DNA of 64,000 nucleotides. Source: Octopus sinensis (lineage: Eukaryota). Made by a program: the position numbers and the translations under genes. Below are positions 43,610 through 55,879 of this stretch, piece after piece. Each line of letters starts with the position of its first letter. Position 1 is the first letter of the stretch. The stretch is taken from NCBI RefSeq assembly GCF_006345805.1, contig NC_042999.1:146134001-146198000 (forward strand). Direction: 5' to 3'. The notes beneath the pieces were generated by a model. The model saw only the letters and a program-made list of their open reading frames with translations. It ran no database searches and was not told the origin of the DNA.

Positions 43610-43968
43610 GTTCTCATTCCTAAAGTATTTTTCAATATTATTATTATTATTATTGTTCAGGTCACTGCTTGGAAGCAGACTTGGAATCTCGGGGTTAGTA
43701 GCCTGTACTCTTAACCACTACACCATATACCCGTAGTGGTTAGGAGCGCAGGCTACTAACCCCAAGATTCCAAGTTCACTGCGAAGCAGTGACCTGAACA
43801 ACAACAACAATAATAATAACATTGAAAAATACCTTAAGAAATGAGAACCCAGGTTCAAAATTTCCCCAAGACACCTGAAGTAGGCTGGAGGGTACATCAG
43901 CCGAAACGTGTTAACAACAAACAAGATGAGGACAAATATCCGTTGAATGTCAATAATGTAAATAATGA
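43610..43968 (+). mobile_element. ~360-bp palindromic element (two back-to-back tRNA-like heads) with an HHR remnant, inserted in Tx1 ORF1
   Basis: Inverted arms at 43610-43721 and 43733-43848 with an 11-nt loop; HHR-like motif at 43870-43912. Confidence 0.8.
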
Positions 43969-46900
43969 ACTATCGTCAAATACAATATTAAAGATGGCTA
44001 TTTGCATGAGATAATAAAGAAGCACCACTTGTCAAAAATGTTTGGTGAAAGTAGATATGCTAAAATCGAGGAAAAACTTTTTAAACAACTGAAAGACACA
44101 CATCCAGAGGGCATCTACAAACTGAGTGAATTACCCAGGTTAATCGACCCACCACCGGAGACCAATGAGGAAAGGGGAAAGAAAAGGTGGAGGGAGGCTC
44201 AGTAACCTCGAGAACGATCACTCCTTCACCCATGAAAGGTAAGTAGGTCCCTAATTTTTTCTTTGGATGACTGGAATTAACTTCGTTTGTTTCAATGTAT
44301 GTGGCCTGACTTCAAAGTGGAAGCAAGCCTGTTTCCTCAACGACCTCAAGGGACATAATATGGATGTTTGTGGTGGCTACAGAAACCAAGATGGACAGCC
44401 TGCAAACCTTTGTGACACTGATGAATGACTATGAGAAAATCATGTCTCCTAACCAGACCAGAGGCCGAGGAGGTGTAGTAGTGTCGCTCCAAAAAAGCTT
44501 TGCTCTGCATGCAAATACAATCTTTGTGGATCCAGAAGGTGAGCTGGTTGTTCTCAACTTGACGTACAGCAATAAAGCTGGTTGATTGGCATTTATGTGT
44601 TGAGTGTCAAGAGCAAGTAGACTGATTTTTATTGATGCCTAGAGAATTTTCTCATGACATCTAAGACATTAGTTGTGTTAGGAAATTTTAATGTCATCCT
44701 GGATGCATGCCAGGATTGTGTTGGCTTGGCATATAGAAAGGAAAACCTATGCCTCACTGATCTGCTTAAGCGATTTCAGCTGGTAGATCACCACAGACTT
44801 GATCACCCGAATGTCCCAGTGTGGACCTGGAATAATGGTGATGGGTTGCTTAGGTCTTATTTAGATAGGCTAGATATAAGAACTAGAGATAAGTTTAGTT
44901 TTAGTCATCCACAGTTTGTTCTGGTCTCCTACATGGATCATAAACTAGTGACATGTAGGATAAACATAGATAGTACACATACACAGGGACCTGGCTACTG
45001 GAGCTAAACAAGACTATTTTGTCAAGGGAGGCATATGTAACTGGATTAAGTAGATAGTAACAAAGTCATTAACTGGTGCCATGGGGAATAACAGGTGGTA
45101 GTTTGCCCTCAGATGAACCATTCAATGTGAGTTGATTAGATTTAGAAAGCAGCTAAGTTTATATAAGTCTAGAGTAGAAAAGGATCTAGTCAAGGACTTA
45201 GAAGAGGTGCTAAGGTTGGGTTCTTCAACACAAGTTTTGGCAGCAAGATTGGCTTTAGACCGACACCTCTAAGAATGGAGAATTCCCAAGTCTACGAGCC
45301 AGGGTGGGATAACGTTGATCAGAAAGGGCTCAAGCAAAGGGGACACTATTAGCAATTTTCGACCCATAACTCTACTAAACACAGAGTTAAAGATTTTGGC
45401 CAAGGTGTTAGAAAAGAGGTTGGTGCAGGTTGTGGATGGCCTTGTTGGGGAGGCACAAACTTGTGCCATTCTTGGCAGGATGATACATGACAATCTCCAC
45501 CTCATATGCAACACCTTAGAGACGGTGGGTAAAATCCCTAGCAAAAGTGGGGCACTGGTGCATTTAGACCAATCTAAATCATTCAATAGGGTCAACCATC
45601 AGTACCGGGTGGTAGTTCTCATGGCAGCTGGGCTGGGCTCAACTTTTCAAGGCTGGATTACTGCTTTGTACAACAACATCGAGTCTTTCATCCAAGTGAA
45701 TGGTTTCTTTTTGAAACCGTTCAAGATTGAGCACTCTGTTTGCCAGGGGTGTCCCTTGTCTCTGCTTTTGATGCGTTAGCTCTTGAGCCATTGAAGGATG
45801 GAGGTAATAGGAGGCAATTCGTGTGATCTGAGTGGTGGAAGAACAGTGACCGCATACACGGATGATGTCACTATCATTGTGTCTGATGAAGGGCAGCTAC
45901 CTTGTGTAGAAAACCTCATCAGACAATACAAAGTGGTGGCAAGAGCAAAAAATCAACCGGGACAAGTCAGTCAGCTTACAACTAGGCACCTGGAGGGGTA
46001 AGTCAATGCCGTCCAATAATGTTGTGGAATGTTGGATGGAAGGTCTGGTTAAGATGATAGGGGTCTGGTTTAGTCCAGATCTCCTGATAGAGAACTGGGG
46101 CAAGGTTACAAGCAGGGTAACAGCCCTAACCCAGACCTGGTTTGGAAGGGTGTTATCACTGTTCGGAAGGGCGGATGTGGTGCAGATGTTCATAGCACTT
46201 GCTATCACCTACCGCCTGACCATTGTGCCTTTCCCTGATTCATGGGTGAACCAACTGGAGCGACTCCTCTTCTGCTTCTTATGGAAGGGGAAATCACTAG
46301 TGAGGTGCTCTATCTGCTGCCAAAAGCCGTTAAAGGGTGAGCTAGGGATGCCATGACTGAAAATGCAGAAGTTTATGCTAAGGCTTAGGCACCTCTGGTT
46401 GGTGAGCAGGTGTGATCACCACCTGTAAGGTTTCTCCTGCACCAACTGACCTTCCTTCAGGATTTAAGTCCATGGATCAAGCATAGACCTAAGCTGGGTG
46501 AATGGCAGAAAGTGTATTGACAGGCACTCACGCTACTCTCCTGGGTGGGCAATACTGGCAGCAGGAGTTCCACTGTGGATTTCTATCGTGTGCTAGCAGA
46601 GTACATGTCAGATGATGTCCTAAGGTAGACTCTGGGATTTGACGGAAATTAGTTGGTCAATCCATTCGGAAGGACTTTCAGGCCAGAGTATCTGGATAAT
46701 AACCAGAAATTCCTAACCTAGTTATGTTACCGATCTGCCTTACTTGTTCAAGAGAGGCTGTCAAGGCATAGTTATGCCATCCCACCAAGAAGCCTAAAGT
46801 GCAGGTGGGACAGTGAAACTCTCCTGCATGCCATCATGCAATGTGTAGAGATTATGGAACTGATAGCCTATGCTGAACAGCTGTTGTCAACGACAGGAAG

Positions 46901-47410
46901 AGTACAGCTATCAGCTGAGTAAGATTGTGCAGCTCTTCACCCTTAACAGGGACAGGAAGGCCTGCATAGTGGCCATAATGAAAGAAACAGTGAGGAAGAC
47001 ATGTGAAAGAGGGTTTGCAACAGGTACCTTCATCGTACATTAATAGTAAAATTCAGCTGGAGAGAAGATATCTGTCACACAGTACATTTGTAAAACGATG
47101 GATGAATGTAGTAAGAAAACTGAGAACAAATGGAACCAGTCAAATTTGACTGGAAAAAAGAGGGAGACGTTGGTCAATGGCGGTGGGTTAATTAAGCCAG
47201 GGAATTCAGTCATACATGAAAGCATTTTTTAAAATCTTATCATATCATATTCATGCAATTTTCATTCATTTTATTGCAAATTTTAAATTTTTATTGCACT
47301 GTTCAGTTCCTACATATCTATATTTGTACTTGTATTGTCCCCTCTTCGTAATGCCCTACATGGAAATTTCAGAAATAAAAGAACTGAACGCATACCTAGC
47401 GTAAACTTTT

Positions 47411-47481
47411 TTTCCTGATGAAGGGGGCTTTCTCTGGAAATGAATCCTAAGATTCATGAACTCCAGAAATGATTGTTGGAA
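47411..47481 (+). ncRNA. Decayed hammerhead ribozyme in the PLE 3' pseudo-LTR
   Basis: TTTC-CTGATGA-(long stem II containing ATGAATC/GATTCAT)-GAAA-TGATTGTT-GGAA. Confidence 0.55.
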
Positions 47482-47716
47482 TACTTTATTTTCTTCGAAC
47501 CCAAAACGCTTTTTAATGCCTATTACTTACTATATACCATATTTTAAATTTTTTTAAAAACATTTTTTATCTATATTCCATTATTATTATGTTTATATAT
47601 CTATATATTTATATGTCCATGTACATTTTTAGTATTCATATATTTTTATATTTCTATATTCTTACATCTCTAATATATCGATATATGTTTCAGCTTGGAC
47701 AATTCATATTGTATCT

Positions 47717-47720
<4 letters not shown>

Positions 47721-47753
<33 letters not shown>

Positions 47754-47761
47754 TCCTAATA

Positions 47762-47816
<55 letters not shown>

Positions 47817-48695
47817 GAAGTGGAGATAGCACAGAAGTAAATCTAAGACATTTAAATTTAGAAAGAATTTAATAAAATGGTTTTTAAATTGTATAAAAAA
47901 AATATAGAATATTACTGATTTTGATGATAGTCTCATTTTATTGAATATTAAAATAATATTTGAAGTAAAAGGAGCTTGTCTTCTGTCTTGGCGGTCAAAA
48001 ACACATCTGGAGTTTTTACGTTGAAGTCTTCTTTGAATATAGTTTGATGTAGAGTTCTGGGTGTTAGAGAGAATGTGTGTGTGTGTGTGTGTGTGTGTGT
48101 ATTGTGTTGAATGTATTTCAATATGTTTGGAATGTGACCAGCTGTGTGTTGATAGATGTGTATGTTGTGATGCATCGTGAAAGAAAGAACCGGGATTTGC
48201 CTTTGGCTCGATGTTTTCTTTTGAGTGTCTCTACCTGTGTGTATGTGTGTGTGTGATGTTTTAATTTTGGTGTCTCTAGCAGTGTGTGTGTGTGTATTTG
48301 TGTGTGTACTTGTATGTGTGTGTGTTTGTGTGTATGTGCAGAGGTGTGTATGTAAGTGTATGTATGTCTATGTGTTTAAGGGTGTCTGTCAAGTCAGCTG
48401 CCAGACGTCGGAGTTTCAATGTGTCCATGCCCAGGGAAGTAAGGCGTTCAGAATATGGCAAATGCCTGATGGAGGGTATTCTTTTGGTTGCACGTCGCCG
48501 AATGGCTTCCAGGCGATTAATATCCTGGGCAAGATAGGGGTTCCAGACCGCTGATGCAAGTTCCAGGTGAGGTCTTACCATAGCTATATACAGCCGCAGA
48601 TAGATAGCCAGAGAGCGGCTCACAAAGGACTTGGTGAGTGATGTGTGTGTGTAGTGGCATATATATATAATATATATATATATAGTATCCTAATA

Positions 48696-48748
<53 letters not shown>

Positions 48749-49588
48749 GAAGTGGAGATAGCACAGAAGTAAATCTAAGACATTTAAATTTAGAAAGAAT
48801 TTAATAAAATGGTTTTTAAATTGTATAAAAAAAATATAGAATATTACTGATTTTGATGATAGTCTCATTTTATTGAATATTAAAATAATATTTGAAGTAA
48901 AAGGAGCTTGTCTTCTGTCTTGGCGGTCAAAAACACATCTGGAGTTTTTACGTTGAAGTCTTCTTTGAATATAGTTTGATGTAGAGTTCTGGGTGTTAGA
49001 GAGAATGTGTGTGTGTGTGTGTGTGTGTGTGTATTGTGTTGAATGTATTTCAATATGTTTGGAATGTGACCAGCTGTGTGTTGATAGATGTGTATGTTGT
49101 GATGCATCGTGAAAGAAAGAACCGGGATTTGCCTTTGGGCTCGATGTTTTCTTTTGAGTGTCTCTACCTGTGTGTATGTGTGTGTGTGATGTTTTAATTT
49201 TGGTGTCTCTAGCAGTGTGTGTGTGTGTATTTGTGTGTGTACTTGTATGTGTGTGTGTTTGTGTGTATGTGCAGAGGTGTGTATGTAAGTGTATGTATGT
49301 CTATGTGTTTAAGGGTGTCTGTCAAGTCAGCTGCCAGACGTCGGAGTTTCAATGTGTCCATGCCCAGGGAAGTAAGGCGTTCAGAATATGGCAAATGCCT
49401 GATGGAGGGTATTCTTTTGGTTGCACGTCGCCGAATGGCTTCCAGGCGATTAATATCCTGGGCAAGATAGGGGTTCCAGACCGCTGATGCAAGTTCCAGG
49501 TGAGGTCTTACCATAGCTATATACAGCCGCAGATAGATAGCCAGAGAGCGGCTCACAAAGGACTTGGTGAGTGATGTGTGTGTGTAGT

Positions 49589-49620
<32 letters not shown>
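47721..49620. repeat. Tandem duplication with a ~933-bp period, bounded by (TA)n
   Basis: Identical ORF pairs offset by 932-933 bp (47948/48880, 48276/49209). Confidence 0.95.
48375..48620 (-). mobile_element. CR1-clade LINE internal fragment (duplicated at ~49308-49553)
   Basis: LYIAMVRPHLELASAVWNPYLAQDINRLEAIRRRATK. Confidence 0.85.
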
Positions 49621-49625
<5 letters not shown>

Positions 49626-49689
49626 GAAAAATATTTAAGAATTGATGGAAAGTATTTTTCAAAATCATAATATGTATAAAATTGTTTTT

Positions 49690-50830
49690 AAGTGTCCATT
49701 ATTTATTGGTTGATAGTGGTTGGGACTATATTCAACTGTGGTTTATACTTGTTAATAAATTGCCTTTCTTTATTTAGTCAATGCTTTTGGTTGAAAGAAT
49801 TTGAGTACTTGTAGAGGGGAAATATTTTGAAATTGGGTAAGTGCATTCCTGCACAGGATGCAATGTGACTGCTTAAAGGAATTTGCCTCGTGTTTTTGTC
49901 TCGAATCTGTTGGCTATGGGTCATCATTCTTATTTTTTTTATTGCCCACAAGGGGCTAAACATAGAAGGGACAAACAAGGACAGACAAAGAGGTTAAGTC
50001 AATTACATCGACCCTCAGTGCGAACTGGTACTTAATTTATCAACCCTGAAAGGATGAACGGCAAAGTCGACCTCGGTGGAATTTGAACTCAGAATGTAAC
50101 GGCAGATAAAATACTGCTAAGCATTTTGCCTGGTGTGCTAAGGTTTCTGCCAGCTTGCCACCTTAATGGGTCATCATTATGTTGCATAACAGTCTGCCCA
50201 TCTGACTTTTGTAATTATTTCGGAAACCTGATTATATAGATCAGGTTTTCTGTGTTGCAGGTGAGACTGGATTTAATTTTGAAGGTTTGGCCATCTCTGA
50301 ATTTAAATTCTGGTCTCCCAATTAGGTAACGACAAGTACTGCAGTTTGTTCTTCCACATTTTGTGACAGTTGGTTTGGGGGTTTCTTTGTGCATTTTTGC
50401 TTCAGTGAGAATGAGTTTTAGTGTTTGGGGCTGCCTTTTGTTTTTTTAAGATTTTTCTCATATTTTCATCTGCAAATAAGATGGGGAGGTTTCTGACAAT
50501 GAAGGTTGACATGAATGGCAAGACATTTTCCCTTCTTCTGTTTTTTGTTTTCTAAGTTCATTGATATCCATTTGTTTTGCCTTGTTCATTCCTTTCGTTA
50601 TTATGCCAGGAGGAAAGGCTCTTTGGATAAGTGTGTCCTTCAGTTCCTCTAGTCTTTGTTCACATTTCGATGGTTCTGGTACTATGGTACAAATTTCCTT
50701 TGCCCAGTTGAAAGTGATGTTGAGTTATTCTATATTTTCCTTATATAATTTTTAAATCACTTTATTAAATTCTTTCTAAATTCATGTCTTAGATTTACTT
50801 CTGTGCTATTTTCACATCCATCTTTTATAT
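49690..50830 (-). mobile_element. Decayed Penelope-like element (Neptune-like), interrupted by a SINE at ~49945-50165
   Basis: WAKEICTI...CEQRLEEL, TKCGRTNCSTCRYL, NLIYII and PLSSHIASC, similar to the PLE at 23186. 50735-50830 is an inverted copy of 47810-47915. Confidence 0.75.
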
Positions 50831-50874
50831 ACAGAAATTTGATTTGTATAGATCTCTAATCCTTTTCAACCTAT

Positions 50875-51542
50875 CATCATCATCATTTAATGTCTGTTTT
50901 CCATGCTGGCATGGGTTGGACAGTTTGACTGAGGACTGGCAAGCTAGTAGGCTGCACCAGGCTCCAATCTGATCGGGCAAGGTTTGTACAGCTGGATGCC
51001 CTTCCTAGTGCTAACTACTCCAAGAGTGTAGTCAGTGCGTTTTATGTGCCAACAGCATGGGAGTCAGTAAGGCGGTACTGGCGCTGACCACATTTGCATG
51101 GTGCTTTAAAGTGCCACTAGCACAAGAGCCAGTCAGGGGGCACTAGCATTGACCACGTTCACATGGTGCTTTCTATGTGCCACTGGCACTAGCATCAACC
51201 CATGATCAAATGGTGCTTACTAAGTGCCACCAGCATGGGTGCCAGTCAGGCGGCAATGGCTACGACTATGATTCCAATTTCACTTGACACAACAGGTCTT
51301 CTCAAACACATCATATTGCCTGATGATTCAAAGGTAGTTTTAAATGGGCCAGTTATGCAAAACTGGCATTGGTCATGGCTGTGATCTCACCTTACTTGCC
51401 AGGTCTTCTCAATCACAACATATCTCCAAACATCTTGGTCTCAAAGGACATGCTTCACCACCTCATACCATGTCTTCCTGGGTCTACCTCTTCTTCAGTT
51501 TCCTTCCACTGTTAGGGTGTGACACTTCTTCATACAGCTGTC

Positions 51543-51545
<3 letters not shown>
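50875..51545 (-). mobile_element. 5'-truncated old RTE LINE. Shorter 3'UTR-only copies at ~6125, 8890, 22070, 53230 and 61485.
   Basis: (TGA)n tail, 3'UTR core, diverged hairpin units, ORF tail. Confidence 0.8.
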
Positions 51546-51585
<40 letters not shown>

Positions 51586-51867
51586 GAATAAGGGTAGAAA
51601 TTGATATTAATCAATTAAAACCAGTGGCCAAGCATATTAATCTTCAAATATATATATATATATATTAATTAGAAAGGAAATCTTATTTGTCAATCTCCAT
51701 GAAAGAAAAATATGCCCTTGGCACAAACAATAACATAACATACCTGTTTAAAATCTGTAACCCACAAACACAGAAGTACCAAAAACAGACAAAAGTGAGA
51801 CATACATATATACATACATATGTATGTGTATATATATATATATATATTATATATATATATATATATA

Positions 51868-52608
51868 CTAGCAGCTTAGCCTGGTTTCACTTGGTCGGTT
51901 CGGATGATGTGGCTGTAAAACCTGCTCTGTGTAAGCATTTGACTTGTTTGGGCATGCTTACGTTAAAAAAACAATTTTACAATGACTTTTTTGTCAAAAC
52001 ACTAAAAATAACTGACCATCAAAAAAAAAAAAACCAAAATTCAACCAAATCAAAAAATAAACCCAAATACTAAGTGAACAAAGTCGAACCATCCCACTTC
52101 CATTGTGCATGCACTCGCACACATACAAACACACACACGCATTCACATACTCCCCTCTTTACATACACACACACATATATTCAGACAGAGTTGAAACGCT
52201 GTTTGATTTATTTTTTCAGCGTACAATTTTCATCATCCCACTACCAAGTATGACATCACCCCTTCCTTCCTTATTCATCTATCACCCCTTCCTTTCTCAT
52301 TCATAAACACAAGAGTATTATTATAGTAGATTATCTCAGTAACCATGGGAGCTATGAAAAAATAAGACATCACCCCTTCCTCCCTACCTTATTCATCTAT
52401 CACCCCTTCCTTTCTCATTCATAAACATAAGAGTATTATTATAGTAGATTATCTCAGTAACCATGGGAGCTATGAAAAATACAAAGCCCAGTAACTCTAC
52501 TGGATCATTCTACACATCTATGTAATTTTTCATGCAAATCCACCCAGCCGTTTGACTGTGAATCCCAAGACAAGAAAGAATCGCCCATGCCAAATTTATA
52601 TGTATAGA
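51868..52608 (-). mobile_element. Non-autonomous Helitron (741 bp) with an internal ~114-bp tandem duplication
   Basis: On the minus strand it begins A^TC and ends CTAG^T. Repeat units at ~52252-52362 and ~52366-52480. Confidence 0.7.
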
Positions 52609-52616
52609 TTGATTAC

Positions 52617-52794
52617 CTTGGTAAGCTTTCCTTTTCTGGTAGATACTTCATCATATCAGAATAATGAGATTGAAAAGCATATGTTCTTGAGTCAAAGTAA
52701 GACTTAGAGAGAATGTGGGAATTCCCATTTCCAATTACATCTCCAGTACTATCAGCATACTTGAAGGCACTATTTAAGCTAGAAGCTCGACAAG
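52617..52794 (-). CDS. WDR93: WDR93-like exon (178 nt, phase 1->2): CRASSLNSAFKYADSTGDVIGNGNSHILSKSYFDSRTYAFQSHYSDMMKYLPEKESLP(R)
   Basis: Acceptor ttcattttgacag and donor GTAATC. Matches ORF 52613..52801. Resembles the WDR93 'G.GQNH' region. Confidence 0.8.
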
Positions 52795-53607
52795 CTGTCA
52801 AAATGAAACAATTAATAACATAAGGAGAGGCAGATACGAGATTATGAGATAGAACTCTTGAATTTTAATGATATAAAAAGCAGTATCTGATTTGATGCAC
52901 AAAAATTGAAACAAGAATATTGTTAGTGGTGCTATATCACTAAACACTCAAACATGGGAATCACTTGTACTATGTTCCTTGATTTAACACCTACAGATTC
53001 TGTATAGCCTTATTTGTACAGCAATTAGATATCTGAAGGTAAATAATAAAGCTGTTAACTTCTTTAAATATTACAAGTTAAAGATATTGTGAATGTTTTC
53101 AGCATGAATGAAGGCATGGCTGATTAAGAAGGTTGCTTTGTGACTATGGGGTTTTAAGTTCAGTCTTACTGCATGACACCTTCTTCAAGTGTCTTTTATT
53201 TCAGCTCCAGGTTGATCAATGACTTCTGAGTGTATCCATTTTCCATGTTGGCATGAGCTGGACAGTTTGACTGTGGTCTGGAGAGCCAGTGGCTGCACCA
53301 GGCTCAAGTCTGATTTGGTAATGTCTTTAAAGCTGGATGCCCTTCTTAATGCCAACTACTCTGAGAATGTAGTGGGTGCTTTTTATGCGCCACTGGCACA
53401 GGAGCCAGTCAGGCAGGCCTGGCATCACCCACGTTCAGATAGTGCTTTTTACATGCCACCAGCACGTGGGCCATCCAAACATGGCATTGGCCATGTTCGG
53501 ATGGTGCATTTTACGTGCCATATATATATATATATTATATATATATATATATATAATAATATTAATTAGAGACAAATTAGGATTTATTCCCTAATATTTA
53601 TTATTAT

Positions 53608-53650
<43 letters not shown>

Positions 53651-54209
53651 GTGGTCCCATTCCTCCTTATGGAGGACTAAAAATCCACTCTGTTTTATGT
53701 TGGCTTTTGTTTGGAGTTACTGATTCTTAGATGGGCATCTTGCAATACAGATTGCAGAATCTGTTTTGCACATATCCATTTTTGACCTTTTTTAAAAAAA
53801 ATCTCATGTCTGGATGTTCTTGCTATGACCATCCTCATTACAAAATTAATGTGCATATTTTATTATGCATATGCACCAGAGAGTTTGTTCCAAATAAGTA
53901 GGACTAAAGAGTTCCATCTACCTTATTCATATTTGGAGTTATTATTATTATTGCAATTATTATTAAGTTGGCAAGCTGGCGGAATTGTTAGCATGCTGGG
54001 CAAATTGCTTAGCGATATTTCATCTGTCTTTACATTCTGAGTTCAAATGCCACTGGAGTCAACTTTGCCTTTCATCCATTTGGGGTCAATAAAGTTAAGT
54101 ACCAGTGAAATTCTGGGGTCGATGTAATCAACTAGTCCCCTCCCACAAAACCTCAGGCCTTGTGCCTAGATTAGAAAGGATTATTATTATTATTATTATT
54201 ATTATTATT

Positions 54210-54745
54210 GAGTGAGAGAGCAATGTGTGCCATCAAAGTGACAACGAGGTAAAAAATATGAAGCCCAGCACATGTCTGATAAGAGTACACCATGTATCAC
54301 AACTATATGTGCGTGACATGGTGATCTCATATCACGATAAACAGTGCATGACCTTGCAGGTGGGGCCCAGTTAGAATTTTCTTCAGTTTGAGTAGTTCAT
54401 CCAACTCACAAGGTCCCTGAATATAGTTTGTTTTAAGAATGATGAACAAAACAACCATGTTTCCAGAGGTGAATTATTCAAACCCTAAAGAATTCCTCTC
54501 AACACATGGCTATGATACTCCTCCACTACTTCTGCTCATGATCAAAGATGCACATAACGTCAGACACTAAGGAACATGCTCAACTGATTAAGGTCAAACA
54601 ACTGACAAGCAAATCTGTGGTATTGAGCAGAATATTTGCTGTAGCCCATCTTTTATACCAAGACAAAACAATGTACATGATAACACTTCCAGTCAGTTAA
54701 GATCGGAAGCCATGAGAGCTACTGCCTGGTACTGAGTCAGGGTAT
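54210..54745. repeat. Unclassified ~520-bp interspersed element flanked by (ATT)n on both sides
   Basis: Complex sequence between (ATT)n tracts at ~54180-54209 and ~54743-54767; no long ORF. Confidence 0.45.
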
Positions 54746-55794
54746 TATTATTATTATTATTATTATATTTTGTGACATCATAGCAAAATCAATCCATACT
54801 TGGATGCAAATTATAGCCATGCTGCTGATTTAAGTGTGTGTTAATTTATATTTCAGACTCAGAAATCATTACAATATTTTTATATGAACAAGGCGGTAAG
54901 CTGGCAGAAATGTTAGCATACCAGGTGAAATTCTTAGTGGTATTTCATCTGTCTTTACATTCAGAGTTCAAATTCCGCTGAGATCAACTTTACCTTTCAT
55001 CCTTTTGGGTCGATAAATTAAGTACCAGTTGCATACTGGGGTTGATTTAATCAACTGGTCCCCTTCCCAAAAATTTGAGGCCTTATGCCTAGAGTAGAAA
55101 AGAATATTTTTATATGAACAAGCAGTGAGCTGGCAGAAACGTTAGCATGCCGGGTAAATGCTTAGTGGTATTTTGTCTGTCTTTACGTTCTGAGTTCAAA
55201 TTCCACCAAGATTGACTTTGTTTTTCATCCTTTTGGAGTCGATAAATTAAGTACCAGTTGTGTACTGGAGTCAATTTAATCGACTGGTCCCTTTCCCAAA
55301 AATTTCGGGCCTTGTGCCTAGTGTAGAAAAGAATATTTTTTTTGTATGAACTTGGTAGTTTGGACTGAACTATTTTTGAAGTTATGTTCCTTTGCTAGGA
55401 AAATACTTAAACAAAACAACACGAATGGTTATACAGACTTTCTATATTCTATATTGGCAGGTCAATGTCCTTCAGATCCACAAGGCTTTAATGTGACATG
55501 TTAACTAGTGAACAACTGGAAATTGATAAGTCAAATTTAGCTTCTCAGTGCTTAAAGGATTGTCCTACATCCAAGAATATACACACAAACACACACAGGA
55601 CACACACACATGGACAAACACAACACACACACACACAACACACAAACACACTCATACACATCTTTTATCACTTATTTTTGATTTAAGTCATTATTAGATT
55701 GTGACCATACTAACACACACAAATATAACACACAAATGCACACATCAAAACACTTACTTTATATAAAAGGTCAGTATATAAATGTGTGTGTTAC

Positions 55795-55879
55795 CTTGTG
55801 GTGAAGAAATGTTTGGGATCCTTAAAAATAATATTGCCACTTGTTTTTCATTACCTGGAGAATTTCCATCAGGAACGTG
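55795..55879 (-). CDS. WDR93: WDR93-like exon (85 nt, phase 0->1): HVPDGNSPGNEKQVAILFLRIPNISSPQ(A)
   Basis: T-rich acceptor ending ttaag and GTAAC donor; open frame; phases fit both neighbours. Confidence 0.72.

Larger units (their letters stand above)
41005..47377 (+). mobile_element. L1/Tx1-clade LINE, apparently full length but decayed, with a 14-bp TSD
   Basis: TSD aaagaactgaacgc at 40991-41004 and 47378-47391. ORF1 remnants at 41282-44200. ORF2 has EN (FNVCG, TETK, GNFN), RT (NFRPITLLNTELKILAKVL, CQGCPLS, YTDD) and a C-terminal CCHC-like motif. Confidence 0.9.
38764..47718 (+). mobile_element. Penelope-like element (Naiad-like), split by a Tx1-like insertion at 41005-47377
   Basis: KPSIRLLCPTKSHLGK, QFDISNYY (RT), KSRKRKN, CNC...PL and VYIGST (GIY-YIG). 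38764-38900 is the reverse complement of 47580-47718. HHR remnant at 47411. Confidence 0.85.

Noticed and set aside
47436-47460. SECIS-like AUGA...UGA hairpin inside the PLE HHR stem II
   Set aside because: The helix above the putative quartet is only ~3 bp, far shorter than a SECIS upper stem.
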